A stretch of DNA of 64,000 bases from an uncultured Gemmatimonadales bacterium (GCA_963741945.1 CAVUKA010000003.1:723998-787997), one strand, 5' to 3'. Shown: positions 10,397 to 21,456, numbered from the stretch's first letter. Program-made: numbers and translations. The notes: a model not told the origin generated them from the sequence alone.

Positions 10397-10699
10397 ATCG
10401 ACACGCTCACTTCCAAACAGCGCGGCCACCTCCGTACACTGGCGCACCACCTGAAGCCGCTGCTCCAGATCGGCACCGACGGGGTCACTGACGCGGTGGC
10501 CGACGCCATCCGCGACGCGCTCAACACGCGGGAGCTGCTCAAGGTCAAAGTGCTCGACGGCGCGCCCGTGGATGCGCGCGAGGCGGCAGACGAGCTGATG
10601 CGGAAGATCGATGGGGCGCACGTGCCCCAGGTGATCGGCCGCACGGTGGTGCTGTACCGCCAGCACCCGGAATCGCCGCAGATCCGCCTTCCCGACTGA
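10397..10699 (+). CDS. yhbY: Ribosome assembly RNA-binding protein YhbY (CRM domain); apparent ATC start
   Basis: LTSKQRGHLRTLAHHLKPLLQIGTDGVT...ELLKVKVL...QVIGRTVVLYR. GGAGG lies 5 nt before ATC 10397, and there is an in-frame TAG at 10349. Confidence 0.9.
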   Translation: MDTLTSKQRGHLRTLAHHLKPLLQIGTDGVTDAVADAIRDALNTRELLKVKVLDGAPVDAREAADELMRKIDGAHVPQVIGRTVVLYRQHPESPQIRLPD

Positions 10700-10832
10700 G
10701 GCGCCGGATGCGCGGCACGGCCGCCGCGTCGCTGAACGGGCACGAGTCCTGCCCCGGCCGTGACGTCGATAGCCAGGCCGCGTCCGCAGTGCGAGGGATG
10801 ACGGCCCGACCTCGTCCTGCGATCCCGAGCCG

Positions 10833-13541
10833 ATGACAGGCAAACCGATCCTCCATACAACCGGGGCGCTCACGGGCACCCTCGTCCTCACCGCTGCTCT
10901 CGCGGCGGGCGCGGCCGCACAGGGCCGCGTGGTGCCGCCCCCGCCGCCCGGCCGCGATACCGTGGTCGCGGCGCCGGGCCCACGCTACGCGGCGGGGGAG
11001 CTCAGGCGCTTCCTGCTGGGCGACGAGTGGCGAGACCTCTGGCAGGTCCCGCTGACGCTCCCTGTCCTGGACATCGAGACGTTCGCCGGCGGGCTGGAGC
11101 CGGACGAGGAGGGTGGCGGCAACCAGTCCATCACGCTCCACCTGCGCGACGCGCGCGGCCGCGACTGGATCTTCCGCTCCCTCGACAAGTACCCCGGCAA
11201 GAAGCTGGAGGAGGGCGGGCTGCTGGCCTGGATCGCCGCGGACCAGGTGAGCGCACTGCATCCGGCGGGCCAGCTCGTCGTCCCCACGCTGCTCGACGCC
11301 CTCGGGATCCTGCACGTCACGCCCACGCTCTACGTGATGCCGGACGACCCCGCGCTGGGGAAGTTCAGGAGCCAGTTCGCCGGGATGATCGGGGCGCTGG
11401 AGCTCATCCCCAACGAGGGGGCGGATGACTCGCCCGGCTTCGCGGGATCGAAGAAGATCGTGAAGACGGAGACGCTGTTCGATCATCTGGGGGAGACCCC
11501 GCTCAACCGCGTCGACCAGCGCGAGCTGTTCCGGGCGAGGCTGCTCGATTTCATCATCGGGGACACGGATCGCGGCCTGGACCAGTGGCGCTGGGCCAGG
11601 TTCCCGGACCCGCAGCGGGCGGACGGACGCATCTGGCGCCCGATCCCCCGCGACCGGGACTGGGCCTTCGTCTCGGGCGACGGGGTGGCCGGCGCGGGAA
11701 TCGGCCTGTTCTACCCGAAGCACACCGCCTACCGCGCAAGGTATGCGGATCTCCAGGCATACACCTTCACGTCCCACATCCTGGACCGCCGGCTTCTCAC
11801 GTCCATCGATCGCGCGGACGCGGAAGCGGAGATCCAGCGCGTCCGGAGCGCGCTGACGGACTCGGTGATCCGCGCCGCCGTCGGCCATCTACCCCGCCGC
11901 TATCCCGAGTCGCACCGGCAGCGCCTCACGCGGCTGATCGAGAGCCGGCGCGACCGGCTCCCGGGGATCGGGAACGCCTACTACCAGTGGCTGGCCAGCG
12001 CCGTGGACATCCGCGCCACCCAGCAGCCGGACTACGCGCGGGCCGAGCGCCGCGCCGACGGCAGCGTGGATGTCGCTCTCTTCCTCCTCGCCGGAGCCGA
12101 GGACGCCGGTCGCGCCGCCGAGCCGTACTACCGCCGCACCTTCCGGCCATCCGAGACCCACGAGATTCGGATCCACCTCCGAGACGGCGATGACCGCGCC
12201 CTGGTCCGTGGTGCGTCCAACGACGAGATCGCCATCCGCGTCATCGGCGACGCGGGCGACGACGTCCTCGTCGACTCCACCAGCGGCGCCAACGTCCATT
12301 TCTACGACGCCCGCGGGGAAAACCGGTTCATCACGGCGGCCGGGACTTCCGTCAGCACGCGCGCGTGGAACCCACCACCGATCCCGGAAGGCGTTCGCCT
12401 GGGGAGCGACTGGTCCCCCGACTTCGGACAGACGCTCGGCTGGCGACCGGCCGCGGAATACGGCGAGCACGCGGGCGTCGTCGTCGGCTTCGGACCCCGG
12501 TGGACCGGGTACGGCTTCCGTCGCCTGCCGCACGAGTGGCAGGTCGGGGGCACCGCCCTCTTCGCCCTCGGCGCGCTGCGCCCCGGCGCCAGCGCCTTCG
12601 TGGACTGGCGGCCGGAGAACTCCCTCCATTCGCTGCACGCGGACGCCCGATGGAGCACGTTCGACGCGATCCGCTGGTACGGACCCGGGAACAGCTCTCC
12701 GCGCATCGATGACGACCTCTCGCTCGTCCCGCTACGCCGCGCTTCCATCCGCCCCGATCTCATCCTCCGCTTCGGCACCTGGCGCGCCGAGACCAGCCCC
12801 GACTCCCTCGTCATCAACGAGGCCGCGATCAGCGACGAGACACCCTCCGGCTTCCGGACTTCCCTGGCCCTGGGACCGGTGCTCACCTGGACCGATCCCG
12901 CACCACGCACCCCCGCGGACGGCAGCCCCGACGTCATCCCGCCCGGCGCTCCCTCCGACCAGGGACGCGCGCTCGCGGCCGGCACCGTCTTCCAGGCGGG
13001 CGCCGGCGCCCGCTTCGACCTCAGTCAGACCGACCGCGCGGTCGCACCGCGCAGAGGCTATCTCCTCTCCGCTTCCGCCCAGGGGTTCCCCGGCTTCGGC
13101 CGTGGCGATGCCGGCGCCTCCGGCAACGCGGCCGCCGAGATCCGCGCCTACTTCCCGCTCCCCGCCGCCGCCGTGCTCGCCACTCGCATTGGCGCGGCCG
13201 GCGCGTTCGGCGACTTCACCGCCTGGAATGCCGCCACCCTCGGCGGCCGCGCCAACCTGCGTGGCTACCCCTACATGCGGTTCGCCGGTGACGCCGCGGC
13301 CTACGGCAACCTCGAGATCCGCGCCCCCATCGCCTCCGTCCCTCTCATCGTACGAGGAAAACTCGGCCTCCTCGCCCTCGCCGATGCCGGCCGCGTCTGG
13401 TTCCGCGGCCGCTCTCCCGGCGGCTTCCATACCGCCCTCGGCGGCGGCATCTGGTTCGCCGGCGGGGGTGAAGCGGTCTCCCTCTACTACGCCCATGGCG
13501 AGCGCGGCCGCCTCTATCTCTCCTTCGACATGCCCTTCTGA
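10833..13541 (+). CDS. Omp85/BamA-TamA family outer-membrane protein with N-terminal kinase-like region
   Basis: Signal peptide; C-terminal beta-barrel with [15 protein letters not shown] and terminal F; N-terminal [34 protein letters not shown]. Confidence 0.8.
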   Translation: MTGKPILHTTGALTGTLVLTAALAAGAAAQGRVVPPPPPGRDTVVAAPGPRYAAGELRRFLLGDEWRDLWQVPLTLPVLDIETFAGGLEPDEEGGGNQSITLHLRDARGRDWIFRSLDKYPGKKLEEGGLLAWIAADQVSALHPAGQLVVPTLLDALGILHVTPTLYVMPDDPALGKFRSQFAGMIGALELIPNEGADDSPGFAGSKKIVKTETLFDHLGETPLNRVDQRELFRARLLDFIIGDTDRGLDQWRWARFPDPQRADGRIWRPIPRDRDWAFVSGDGVAGAGIGLFYPKHTAYRARYADLQAYTFTSHILDRRLLTSIDRADAEAEIQRVRSALTDSVIRAAVGHLPRRYPESHRQRLTRLIESRRDRLPGIGNAYYQWLASAVDIRATQQPDYARAERRADGSVDVALFLLAGAEDAGRAAEPYYRRTFRPSETHEIRIHLRDGDDRALVRGASNDEIAIRVIGDAGDDVLVDSTSGANVHFYDARGENRFITAAGTSVSTRAWNPPPIPEGVRLGSDWSPDFGQTLGWRPAAEYGEHAGVVVGFGPRWTGYGFRRLPHEWQVGGTALFALGALRPGASAFVDWRPENSLHSLHADARWSTFDAIRWYGPGNSSPRIDDDLSLVPLRRASIRPDLILRFGTWRAETSPDSLVINEAAISDETPSGFRTSLALGPVLTWTDPAPRTPADGSPDVIPPGAPSDQGRALAAGTVFQAGAGARFDLSQTDRAVAPRRGYLLSASAQGFPGFGRGDAGASGNAAAEIRAYFPLPAAAVLATRIGAAGAFGDFTAWNAATLGGRANLRGYPYMRFAGDAAAYGNLEIRAPIASVPLIVRGKLGLLALADAGRVWFRGRSPGGFHTALGGGIWFAGGGEAVSLYYAHGERGRLYLSFDMPF

Positions 13542-13695
13542 GCCCGCGTACGCCGCGCGACCCGGGTACTTCTTCGAAGCCGGCAAGGGCCCGGGCCCGC
13601 TTCGACGCCGCGGTCATGGAACCTTTCCGGAGACCAGTGTATTACTGCCCCGTTATACAACGAACGGTTTACCAGTGAGACCCCGGGGGGACACG

Positions 13696-14031
13696 ATGGC
13701 GGAGAACGTGATGGAGCTGGAGGACGCGCAGTTCGCCAGCGAAGTGGAAGAGAGCGATGGCATTACGGTTGTGGATTTCTGGGCGCCGTGGTGCGCGCCC
13801 TGCCGCCTGGTAGCGCCGGTGGTCGAGGCGCTGGCGACGGAGTACGACGGGCGGGTCCGGTTCGTGAAGGTGAACGTGGACGAGAGCCCGTCCGTTGCGT
13901 CGCGCTATGGAATCCGTTCGATTCCGACGATCGGGATCTTCAAGGACGGCGAGGCGGTGAATGGGGTGGTCGGTGCGGTGCCGAAGCAGGTGCTGATCCA
14001 GGCCATCGAAGAGGTGCTGAGCGCGAACTGA
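13696..14031 (+). CDS. trxA: Thioredoxin
   Basis: [26 protein letters not shown]; 111 aa. Confidence 0.95.
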   Translation: MAENVMELEDAQFASEVEESDGITVVDFWAPWCAPCRLVAPVVEALATEYDGRVRFVKVNVDESPSVASRYGIRSIPTIGIFKDGEAVNGVVGAVPKQVLIQAIEEVLSAN

Positions 14032-14062
14032 GCGCCAGTCCGGCGTTTCGCCGATTCGCCCG

Positions 14063-14103
14063 GAGAGGGCGCCCGCTGCGGTGGGTGCCCTCTCTTCGTT
14101 TCT
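14063..14103 (+). terminator. Intrinsic terminator after trxA
   Basis: GAGAGGGCGCCCGC-tgcg-GTGGGTGCCCTCTC stem followed by TTCGTTTCT. Confidence 0.65.
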
Positions 14104-14126
14104 GCTCGTGGTGAATGTGAGGGTGC

Positions 14127-15251
14127 GTGGCGGATCCGACGGTGGGCGTGGAAGAGGAGTACCAGCTGGTGGACCCGGCAACCGGGGGCCTGCGCAGCGG
14201 TGCGGTGCATGTTCTTCGCTCGTCGTGGACGGACGACCTGCAGCCGGAGCTGCAGGAGACGATGGTAGAGATCCAGACGCCGCCCTCGACCTCGATGGCG
14301 GAAGTGGCGGAGCACCTGCGCAGGCGGCGGCTCACGGCTTCCGCGAGTGCGGGCGTCGAGGGTTTGGAGATCGTCTCGGCCGGAACGCACCCCTTCAGTG
14401 ACTGGCGGGGCCACGTGGTGGCCGAGGGCGAGCGCGCCGACCTGCTGGTGGCCCGCTTCGGTCGCGTCGCATGGACGGAGCACATCTTCGGGCTGCACGT
14501 CCACGTGGCGCAGCCGGTGGGGCTGGATGCCGCCGTGGTCCTGCGGGAAGCGCGCTGGCTCAGTCCTCTCCTGATCGCGCTGTCGTGCAGCTCGCCGTAC
14601 TACCAGGGACAGGACACGGGGTACGCGTCCTACCGGTCCGTCATCCAGCGTCGCCTCCCGCTCACCGGCCCGCCGCCGGCGACGGAGTCGAAAGCCGCCT
14701 ATGATGCCCTCGTGGACGGTCTCCTGCGCGCGGGCGTGCTCCCGGACACCCACACCGTGTATTGGAACGTCCGGCTGAGCGCCGTGCACCCCACCATCGA
14801 ATTCCGTGGGATGGACGCCTGCCCCCGCGTCGAGGACGCGGTGGCGATCGCGGCACTGGCACGGGGCGCCGTGGCGCACGTGGCGACCGGGGGCACGATA
14901 CGCCCGCCCGGCGGAACGGGCGACCTCGACGACACACTGCTCGGATTGAACGAGTGGCAGGCCGCGCGCTTCGGTCTCGAGGCTCCCCTCGCGCTGCCCG
15001 GCGAGCGCGGCATCCGCGGCGGGTCCATCAGGGAGGAGGCGGACCGCGTCCTGCATCTTCTCCGCCCCTGCCTGGTCCGCCTCGGCGATGGCGATGCAGA
15101 AGCCCTGGTCCACGGAATCCTCGAGCGCGGCACCGCGGCGGACCGGCTCCGCGAGCTGCGCTCCGCTGGCCGCGACATGCGCGGCCTCGTAGACTGGCTG
15201 CGGACGGAAAGCCAGCTCGGTCTGGGCTCCGCATCCGGCGATGCGCCGTGA
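14127..15251 (+). CDS. ybdK: YbdK family carboxylate-amine ligase (GCS2)
   Basis: TVGVEEEYQLVD, AGTHPF, FGLHVHV, SSPY..G.DTGYASYR, TIEFRGMD. Confidence 0.9.
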   Translation: MADPTVGVEEEYQLVDPATGGLRSGAVHVLRSSWTDDLQPELQETMVEIQTPPSTSMAEVAEHLRRRRLTASASAGVEGLEIVSAGTHPFSDWRGHVVAEGERADLLVARFGRVAWTEHIFGLHVHVAQPVGLDAAVVLREARWLSPLLIALSCSSPYYQGQDTGYASYRSVIQRRLPLTGPPPATESKAAYDALVDGLLRAGVLPDTHTVYWNVRLSAVHPTIEFRGMDACPRVEDAVAIAALARGAVAHVATGGTIRPPGGTGDLDDTLLGLNEWQAARFGLEAPLALPGERGIRGGSIREEADRVLHLLRPCLVRLGDGDAEALVHGILERGTAADRLRELRSAGRDMRGLVDWLRTESQLGLGSASGDAP

Positions 15252-15282
15252 ACACGCGCCGAGGCGGCGGGTAAGGCGAGGA

Positions 15283-16380
15283 ATGTCGAGCGAACCGACA
15301 GAGCAGCGCCTGAACGGGGGCGAACGGAAGCGATGGAACTGGCGCAGCCACATCCGTTTCCTGCCACTCCTCTCCCTGGCGCTGGGTATTGGTGTGGCCG
15401 CCGTTGTGGCGGCGCGGGCCGGGGCGAGCGTGGCCGATGTCGCGCGCGCGCTCCCCGCCAACGCACACCTCCTTGCGTTTACCGTGATGGCCGTGGAGCT
15501 GGGAGCGCGCGGCATGCGGTGGGTGCTTCTGGCGCGCGGGGTGGGCGTGCCGCTCCGTTTCCGCACATCGCTGCTGGCGCAGCTCGCCGGCGAAGCAGCG
15601 GGGGCGGTGACACCCTCGCGGATGGGGACGGAGCCCGCGAAGATCGCCATCGTCACGCGGAGCTCCATCACGGTGGCGAGCGCGGGGGCCATCCTGGCGG
15701 GCGAGCTGCTGGCGGAGGCCTCCATGCTCATGGTCACCGTGCTCGCGCTGAGCACGATCGTCCCCGCGGGTGAGCGCCTGCCCGTCCTCGGGGTTCTGGT
15801 GTATGCGACCATGATGGCGTGCGGCGCTCTCAGCGTGGTGGTGCTCGCCCGGGCGCGCCCGAAGCGCACGCCGCCCGGCTGGTGGACGCGGCTGCGTCTG
15901 TCGGAGCGGCAATGGCGGAGGCTGCGCGTCACGTCCCATCACCTGCGCTACCGTGTGAAGCGGCTCCGGCGACTGTCGGGCACGGCCATCGCCAGCGTGC
16001 TCGTCGTGACGGCCATCCACATCGCCGCGCGCCTGTCCGTTCTCCCGGTCATGGCCAGCACCGTGGAGACGCCCACGTCGGTGATCCCGCTGGTGACCTG
16101 GCCCCTCTTCTTCTTCTACGCCGGCACCCTCGTCCCGAGCCCGGGGGGCGGTGGCACCATCGAGCTCGGCTTCGCCCACATGCTGGGCGGGTTCCTCACG
16201 GCTCGATCCATGGCCGGCCTGCTCGTCTGGTGGCGTTTCTACACCTTCTATCTGGGTGCCATGATCGGCGGCATTGCGGTGGCCGTCACCGCGCTGCGGG
16301 GCCGCACCCAGCGCCGCCGGGCTCGCGCGCTGGCCCGCGCGGCCGAGAACGCCGAGGACCCGCCGGCGGAGGCGGCATAG
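15283..16380 (+). CDS. Lysylphosphatidylglycerol synthase TM / flippase-like membrane protein
   Basis: Multiple TM segments; TPSRMGTEP, PSPGGGGTIE, WWRFYTFY. Alternative start at 15241. Confidence 0.8.
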   Translation: MSSEPTEQRLNGGERKRWNWRSHIRFLPLLSLALGIGVAAVVAARAGASVADVARALPANAHLLAFTVMAVELGARGMRWVLLARGVGVPLRFRTSLLAQLAGEAAGAVTPSRMGTEPAKIAIVTRSSITVASAGAILAGELLAEASMLMVTVLALSTIVPAGERLPVLGVLVYATMMACGALSVVVLARARPKRTPPGWWTRLRLSERQWRRLRVTSHHLRYRVKRLRRLSGTAIASVLVVTAIHIAARLSVLPVMASTVETPTSVIPLVTWPLFFFYAGTLVPSPGGGGTIELGFAHMLGGFLTARSMAGLLVWWRFYTFYLGAMIGGIAVAVTALRGRTQRRRARALARAAENAEDPPAEAA

Positions 16381-16397
16381 GAGGCGGGCCCGCCTCC
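16380..16397. terminator. Perfect 18-bp palindrome immediately after the stop codon (possible terminator)
   Basis: GGAGGCGGGCCCGCCTCC; no U-tract follows. Confidence 0.3.
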
Positions 16398-16539
16398 CCC
16401 CCGGCGCGGGCCGGGAGGGAAGACCGGCTCCGCTCTTGATCGGCGGCCCGGCCGGGCCGACTTTCCGATCGGCGGACGCGGGTATCCGGATTCCGGGTAC
16501 CGTGTCCGCGACGATCCAGGCCACGAACATGGAGTCCAT

Positions 16540-17202
16540 ATGCGCAGCCGAACGCTCATCCTGTTGACCGCCACGGCCCTGGCCGTGTCCGGCTGCCGGC
16601 CCACGCACGAGGCCGAGGCCGCCGAGACCCGGACCAGTCCCGCGGCGGGCGCCACCCAGGACGCGGCCGCCCCCGGGCACCGCCTCGGCCAGACGGACGC
16701 CCCCATTGTCGTGGTCGAGTTCAGCGACTTCGGCTGCCCGTACTGCGCCCGCTTCGCGCGCACCACGTTCCCCGAGCTGCGCGACGACGTGGTGAAGCGC
16801 GGCGTGGTCCGCTGGCGCTACGTCCCCGTGACCTTCGGCTTCCCGGGCGGGCGCCTCATGGCGTCCGCGGCGGAATGCGCCGCGGACCAGGGCGGCGATG
16901 AAGCGTTCTGGCGCATGCACGACATGCTGTACCGGAACCAGACGGCGTTCCGGGCGGACGACGCCCGCGATCGGCTCCTGGCGAACGTGGACTCCCTGGG
17001 ACTGGACCGCGCGCGCATGGAGACCTGCATGCAGTCGCCGAGCATCGCCGGTCGGCTCCAGGCCAACAACCTGGCGGCGCAGGAGTGGATGGTCCGGGGC
17101 ACGCCCACGTTCGTGATCAACGGTGTGCCCACCAGCGGGGCCATGCCGACCCCGTTCTTCCACAAGATGTTCAGCACGCTCCTGGATCCGGCGTCTCTGT
17201 AA
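16540..17202 (+). CDS. DsbA-family thioredoxin-fold lipoprotein
   Basis: Lipobox VSGC; EFSDFGCPYC; VRGTPTFVING. Confidence 0.88.
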   Translation: MRSRTLILLTATALAVSGCRPTHEAEAAETRTSPAAGATQDAAAPGHRLGQTDAPIVVVEFSDFGCPYCARFARTTFPELRDDVVKRGVVRWRYVPVTFGFPGGRLMASAAECAADQGGDEAFWRMHDMLYRNQTAFRADDARDRLLANVDSLGLDRARMETCMQSPSIAGRLQANNLAAQEWMVRGTPTFVINGVPTSGAMPTPFFHKMFSTLLDPASL

Positions 17203-17348
17203 CCCGGGTCCGAAGGCGCGGAGAACTGCAACACCGTCTCACGCGAAGACGGGGCTCTTCCCCGCGCGCCATCCCCGCCCTACCTTGCCGTCGCCCCGCC
17301 CCCGCGCCTGCTCTCCTGAACCCGATGAGCGGCAGGAGGAGAACCGAC

Positions 17349-19133
17349 ATGGCAACCGCTCCCTGGCTCGATCACTACGACCCGGGCGTGCCCCGTACGC
17401 TCCTGCCCTACCCCGACCGCACCCTCCTGGACTACGTCCGCGAGGCCGCCGAGCGGGGGCCGGAGCGGACGGCCGTGCTGTTCCGCGGCGCGGCGCTCAG
17501 CAACGCGCGGCTGGAGCGGGAGAGCGATTCGCTGGCGGCGGCGCTCGTGGCGCGCGGGCTTCGCAAGGGGGATCGCGTCGCGCTGGTGCTGCCCAACTCG
17601 CCCCAGTTCGTGATCGCCGAGCTCGGGATCTGGAAAGCGGGTGGCGTGGTGGCGCCGCTGAACCCGATCTACACCGGGCACGAGCTGGAAGAGGCCATGG
17701 CCCAGAGCCGCCCCCGGCTGGCCATCGTGCTCACGCGCTTCTACGAACGGGTGAAGGCGCTGCAGCCGCGCAGCTCTCTCGAGACGGTCGTCGCCACCAG
17801 CATCAAGGAGTACCTGCCGCCCGTTCTCCGCGTGCTCTACACGCTCCTGCGTGAAAAGAAGGAGGGGGACCGGATCCGGCTTCAGCCAGGCGACGCCTGG
17901 CTGGGCGAGATCATCCGCGAGCACGCCACGTCACCCCGCCCCGCGGTGGACGTGAACCCCGACGATCCGGCGCTCCTCCTCATGAGCGGCGGGACCACGG
18001 GCTCGCCCAAGGCTGCGCTCGGACGCCACCGGTCCATCGTGATGAGCGGTCTCCAGCTCCGCAGCTGGCTGCACCCGATCCTGAGCGAGTGGGACGACCT
18101 CGTCATGCTCCCGCTCCCGCTCTTCCACGTCTACGGGAGCGCCGGCGTCCAGAGCTTCGCCCTCATCGGGCACAACCCGCTCGTCCTGCCGCCCAATCCC
18201 CGGGACATGGACGACCTGATCCATACGGTCCACCGCCTCCGGCCTACCATCTTCGCGGGCGTTCCCGCCCTCTTTTCGGCCATGCTGGAGCACCCGAAAG
18301 TGAAGGCGGGGAAGGTGGACATGAGCTCCATCGACGGGTGCTTCTCCGGGGCGTCGCCCCTGCTGGCGGAGACGAAGCGGCGCTTCGAGTCGCTCACGGG
18401 CGGCGTCATCGTGGAGGGGTACTCCCTCACCGAGGCCATGATGGCGTGCTGTGTCAATCCGGTGCTCGGCGAGAAGAAGGTGGGCTCCGTCGGCATGCCG
18501 ATGCCCGACATGGAAGTCCGGATCGTCGATCCGGAGGATGGCGACCGCACGCTCCCGACCGGCGAGGTGGGCGAGCTGCTGATGCGGGCGCCCCAGCTGA
18601 TGGACGGGTACTGGGAGCAGCCGAACGAGACTGCCGAGACCCTCCGTCGCCACGGGGAGGGCGGCGCGTGGCTCCACACGGGCGACCTGGCCACGCTGGA
18701 CGACGACGGGTATGTCCGCATCGTCGACCGCAAGAAGGACCTGATCAAGGTGAGCGGACTGCAGGTCTGGCCCCGTGAGGTCGAGGAGGTCGTCGCCGCC
18801 CACCCCGCCGTCGCCGACGTCGGATGCGCCGGCATCCCCCACCCGCGCAAGGGCGAGGTGGTCAAGGCGTGGGTCGTGCTCCGGGGCGGCGAGGCCGCCA
18901 CCGAGGACGAGATCCGGGACCACTGTCGCAAGGCGCTGGCGCCGTTCAAGGTGCCGCGCGCCGTGGAATTCTGCGACGAGCTGCCCCGCAACATGATGGG
19001 GAAGGTCCTGCGCCGATCGCTACGCGAGAGCGCGGCCCGGGAAGCCGGCGAGCTCCCGCCGGAGCAGGTAGTCACCGCCGCGGCGTGGGAAGCTGGCGCC
19101 GCAGACGCCATTCAACCGCACCGTGAGATGTGA
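17349..19133 (+). CDS. Long-chain fatty acid--CoA ligase
   Basis: MSGGTTGSPK, EGYSLTE, WLHTGD, DRKKDLIK, GKVLRR; AGGAGG SD upstream. Confidence 0.92.
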   Translation: MATAPWLDHYDPGVPRTLLPYPDRTLLDYVREAAERGPERTAVLFRGAALSNARLERESDSLAAALVARGLRKGDRVALVLPNSPQFVIAELGIWKAGGVVAPLNPIYTGHELEEAMAQSRPRLAIVLTRFYERVKALQPRSSLETVVATSIKEYLPPVLRVLYTLLREKKEGDRIRLQPGDAWLGEIIREHATSPRPAVDVNPDDPALLLMSGGTTGSPKAALGRHRSIVMSGLQLRSWLHPILSEWDDLVMLPLPLFHVYGSAGVQSFALIGHNPLVLPPNPRDMDDLIHTVHRLRPTIFAGVPALFSAMLEHPKVKAGKVDMSSIDGCFSGASPLLAETKRRFESLTGGVIVEGYSLTEAMMACCVNPVLGEKKVGSVGMPMPDMEVRIVDPEDGDRTLPTGEVGELLMRAPQLMDGYWEQPNETAETLRRHGEGGAWLHTGDLATLDDDGYVRIVDRKKDLIKVSGLQVWPREVEEVVAAHPAVADVGCAGIPHPRKGEVVKAWVVLRGGEAATEDEIRDHCRKALAPFKVPRAVEFCDELPRNMMGKVLRRSLRESAAREAGELPPEQVVTAAAWEAGAADAIQPHREM

Positions 19134-19137
19134 CACC

Positions 19138-20757
19138 ATGACCATGCGACGGATACCCACGCTCCTGACGGCGACGATCCTCGCCGCCACTGCGTGCGCG
19201 AAAGCGCCCGAGGCCGCCATCAGCGCTGAAGGCATCATGAACAATGTGCTCGTCCTCTCCGCCGACAGCATGGAGGGGCGCGCTCCTGCGAGCATCGGTG
19301 AGCGGCGAGCCACCGACTACATCGCGGAGCGCTTCGCGGCGGTCGGTCTGGAGCCGGTCGGCGAGAGCTACATCCTCCCGGTGGAGTTGGTGGGTATGAC
19401 CCGCGACGGCGAGGCGTCCACACTGACGCTCAAGGGCCCCGATGGCGCGCTGTCGCTCCGCGACGGCGAGAATTTCACGTTCTGGTCCACCAGTGAGGAG
19501 CCGGTGGTGGAGCTGAGCGACGTTCCCGTGGTCTTCGTGGGCTACGGCGTGGAAGCGCCCGAGCACGACTGGGACGACTTCAAGGGCCAGGACGTGAGCG
19601 GGAAGGTTCTGCTCTTCCTCAACGATGACCCGCAGGTGGAGGAGGACGGCGATCCCCTCTTCGGCGGGCCCGCGCGCACGTACTACGGACGCTGGACGTA
19701 CAAGTTCGAGCAGGCGCAGAAGCACGGCGCCGTGGGCGCCATCGTGGTCCACACCACGAAATCCGCCAGCTACGGCTTCAGCGTCATCGGCGACACGGGC
19801 GAGCGCCAGATCTGGCAACGGAACTACCGCGTGCCCCTGCTGGCCTGGATGGACTCGACGCTCTCCGAGCAGGTGGCGCATTCCATGGGCACGGACCTCA
19901 CCGCCCTCTCCCGGCAGGCCGACACCCGCGAGTTCCGGCCGGTGGACACCGGCTACCGGCTCAGCGCCCACGTCGAGACCGCCATCTCCCGCGTTCAGGC
20001 CCGGAACGTGGCAGGCGTGGTCCGTGGCACCGACCCCGACCTCGCCGATCAGTACATCGTCTTCACGGCGCATCACGACCACCTGGGCATGGCGCCCGCC
20101 GCCGACGACCCATCCGCCGACCGCGTCTACAACGGTGCCGCGGACAACGCCCTCGGCGTCGCGTCCATCATCGCGGCCGCCGACGCCTTCGCACGCGCAC
20201 CCGCCCGGCGCCCCGTCATGTTCGTGGCCGTCACCGCCGAGGAGGGCGGCCTCCTCGGCAGCGGTGCCTTCGTCGCCAACCCGCCCATCCCGCTGCACGA
20301 GATCGTGGCCGACTTCAACGTCGACTCGCCCCAGATGTTCGGCGTCACGCGCGACGTGGCGGCCATCGGGCTCGACGTGAGCGACCTCGGCGATGCGTTC
20401 GCCGGCGTCGTGGAGGAGCTCGGCCTCACCCCCGTCGGCGACCCGAACCCGGCCGCCGGCAGCTTCTACCGCTCCGACCAGGTCAGCTTCGCCAGGATGG
20501 GCATCCCCGCGCTCTACCTGCAGGCCGGCCGCGAATACGTGGACTCCCTTGGGTTCGACCCGCAGGAGTACCACGCTCAGCGCTACCACCAGGTGGCCGA
20601 CGAGGTCTCCGACTCCTGGAACCTCGCCGGCACCGAGCGCGACATGCGGATCCTCGTCGAGACCGCCCGCCGCGTCGCTGACGCCCCGCTGCCGCCCCGC
20701 TGGCGCCCCGGCAGCGAGTTCGAGTCCGAGTACGAGGCGCTGTACGGCGGCCACTGA
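19138..20757 (+). CDS. M28 family peptidase lipoprotein (PA domain)
   Basis: Lipobox ATAC; TAHHDHLG, NGAADNALG, TAEEGGLLGS, RSDQ, YHQVAD. Confidence 0.9.
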   Translation: MTMRRIPTLLTATILAATACAKAPEAAISAEGIMNNVLVLSADSMEGRAPASIGERRATDYIAERFAAVGLEPVGESYILPVELVGMTRDGEASTLTLKGPDGALSLRDGENFTFWSTSEEPVVELSDVPVVFVGYGVEAPEHDWDDFKGQDVSGKVLLFLNDDPQVEEDGDPLFGGPARTYYGRWTYKFEQAQKHGAVGAIVVHTTKSASYGFSVIGDTGERQIWQRNYRVPLLAWMDSTLSEQVAHSMGTDLTALSRQADTREFRPVDTGYRLSAHVETAISRVQARNVAGVVRGTDPDLADQYIVFTAHHDHLGMAPAADDPSADRVYNGAADNALGVASIIAAADAFARAPARRPVMFVAVTAEEGGLLGSGAFVANPPIPLHEIVADFNVDSPQMFGVTRDVAAIGLDVSDLGDAFAGVVEELGLTPVGDPNPAAGSFYRSDQVSFARMGIPALYLQAGREYVDSLGFDPQEYHAQRYHQVADEVSDSWNLAGTERDMRILVETARRVADAPLPPRWRPGSEFESEYEALYGGH

Positions 20758-20940
20758 CCCGATTCCCAGGCCCCGCCGGCGAGCAGGGGCCGAACGGCAG
20801 CCGGCGCGGGCATGCCCGCGCCGGCTGTCCGCCGGGCGGCCGGAGGAGCGCGCGGACGGTCTGGCACCGGAGGGACCGGCCTACTATGCTGAAAGAGGGT
20901 GAAGCTCCGAATTCACTCATCGATCAGGTGAGAAGTACGT

Positions 20941-21303
20941 ATGGCCACAACAAAGGGCTCGACCCTCACCCGCTGCCGCGTCTGTGACGCCGAGCTCGAC
21001 GCGCGTGTCCTCCAGTGCCCGGAATGCGGGACCTGCTGCCCCGGCTGTACCTCGGACGGCCTGCGCATCCGCCTCACGGATACACCCACAGGCCGCCGCC
21101 TGGCCCTCGCCAGGAGCGGGGTCTGTGGCAAGCTGCAGGCCATGCACGAGGAGATCGGACACGCCCTCATGGAAGCGATCTGGGAGCTGGACAACCTCCC
21201 GGTGCATACCGACGAAGCCATGGCCCGCCTCTTCGCCGTGCTGGACGATGTCGAAGATGCGGTCACTCGGACCCGGGCGCTCGACGAGCTGATCGAGGAG
21301 TAG
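20941..21303 (+). CDS. Hypothetical protein, Cys-rich Zn-finger N-terminus plus helical C-terminus
   Basis: CRVC...CPECGTCCPGC; 120 aa of protein-like composition. Confidence 0.65.
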   Translation: MATTKGSTLTRCRVCDAELDARVLQCPECGTCCPGCTSDGLRIRLTDTPTGRRLALARSGVCGKLQAMHEEIGHALMEAIWELDNLPVHTDEAMARLFAVLDDVEDAVTRTRALDELIEE

Positions 21304-21402
21304 CGACGGCCGGGTTCCCCCCGGCTATTCCTCGCGTTCCGGCCACCCCTGCCGCCCGCGCGCTCCGGCGCTCGCGCGCCCACCGACTCCACTTCCCATC
21401 CG

Positions 21403-21418
21403 CGGAATGCCCCTTGCT
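21403..21418 (+). promoter_or_regulatory. Putative sigma-54 (-24/-12) promoter
   Basis: cGGAATGccccTTGCt with GG and GC exactly 12 nt apart, about 40 nt upstream of ATG 21457. Confidence 0.45.
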
Positions 21419-21456
21419 ACAGATGTTTGTGAACTCAACTGCGGAGGAGGCCCGCA

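Noticed and set aside
12070-13695. Long N-terminal extension of thioredoxin
   Set aside because: It overlaps the Omp85 gene in another frame; trxA starts at 13696.
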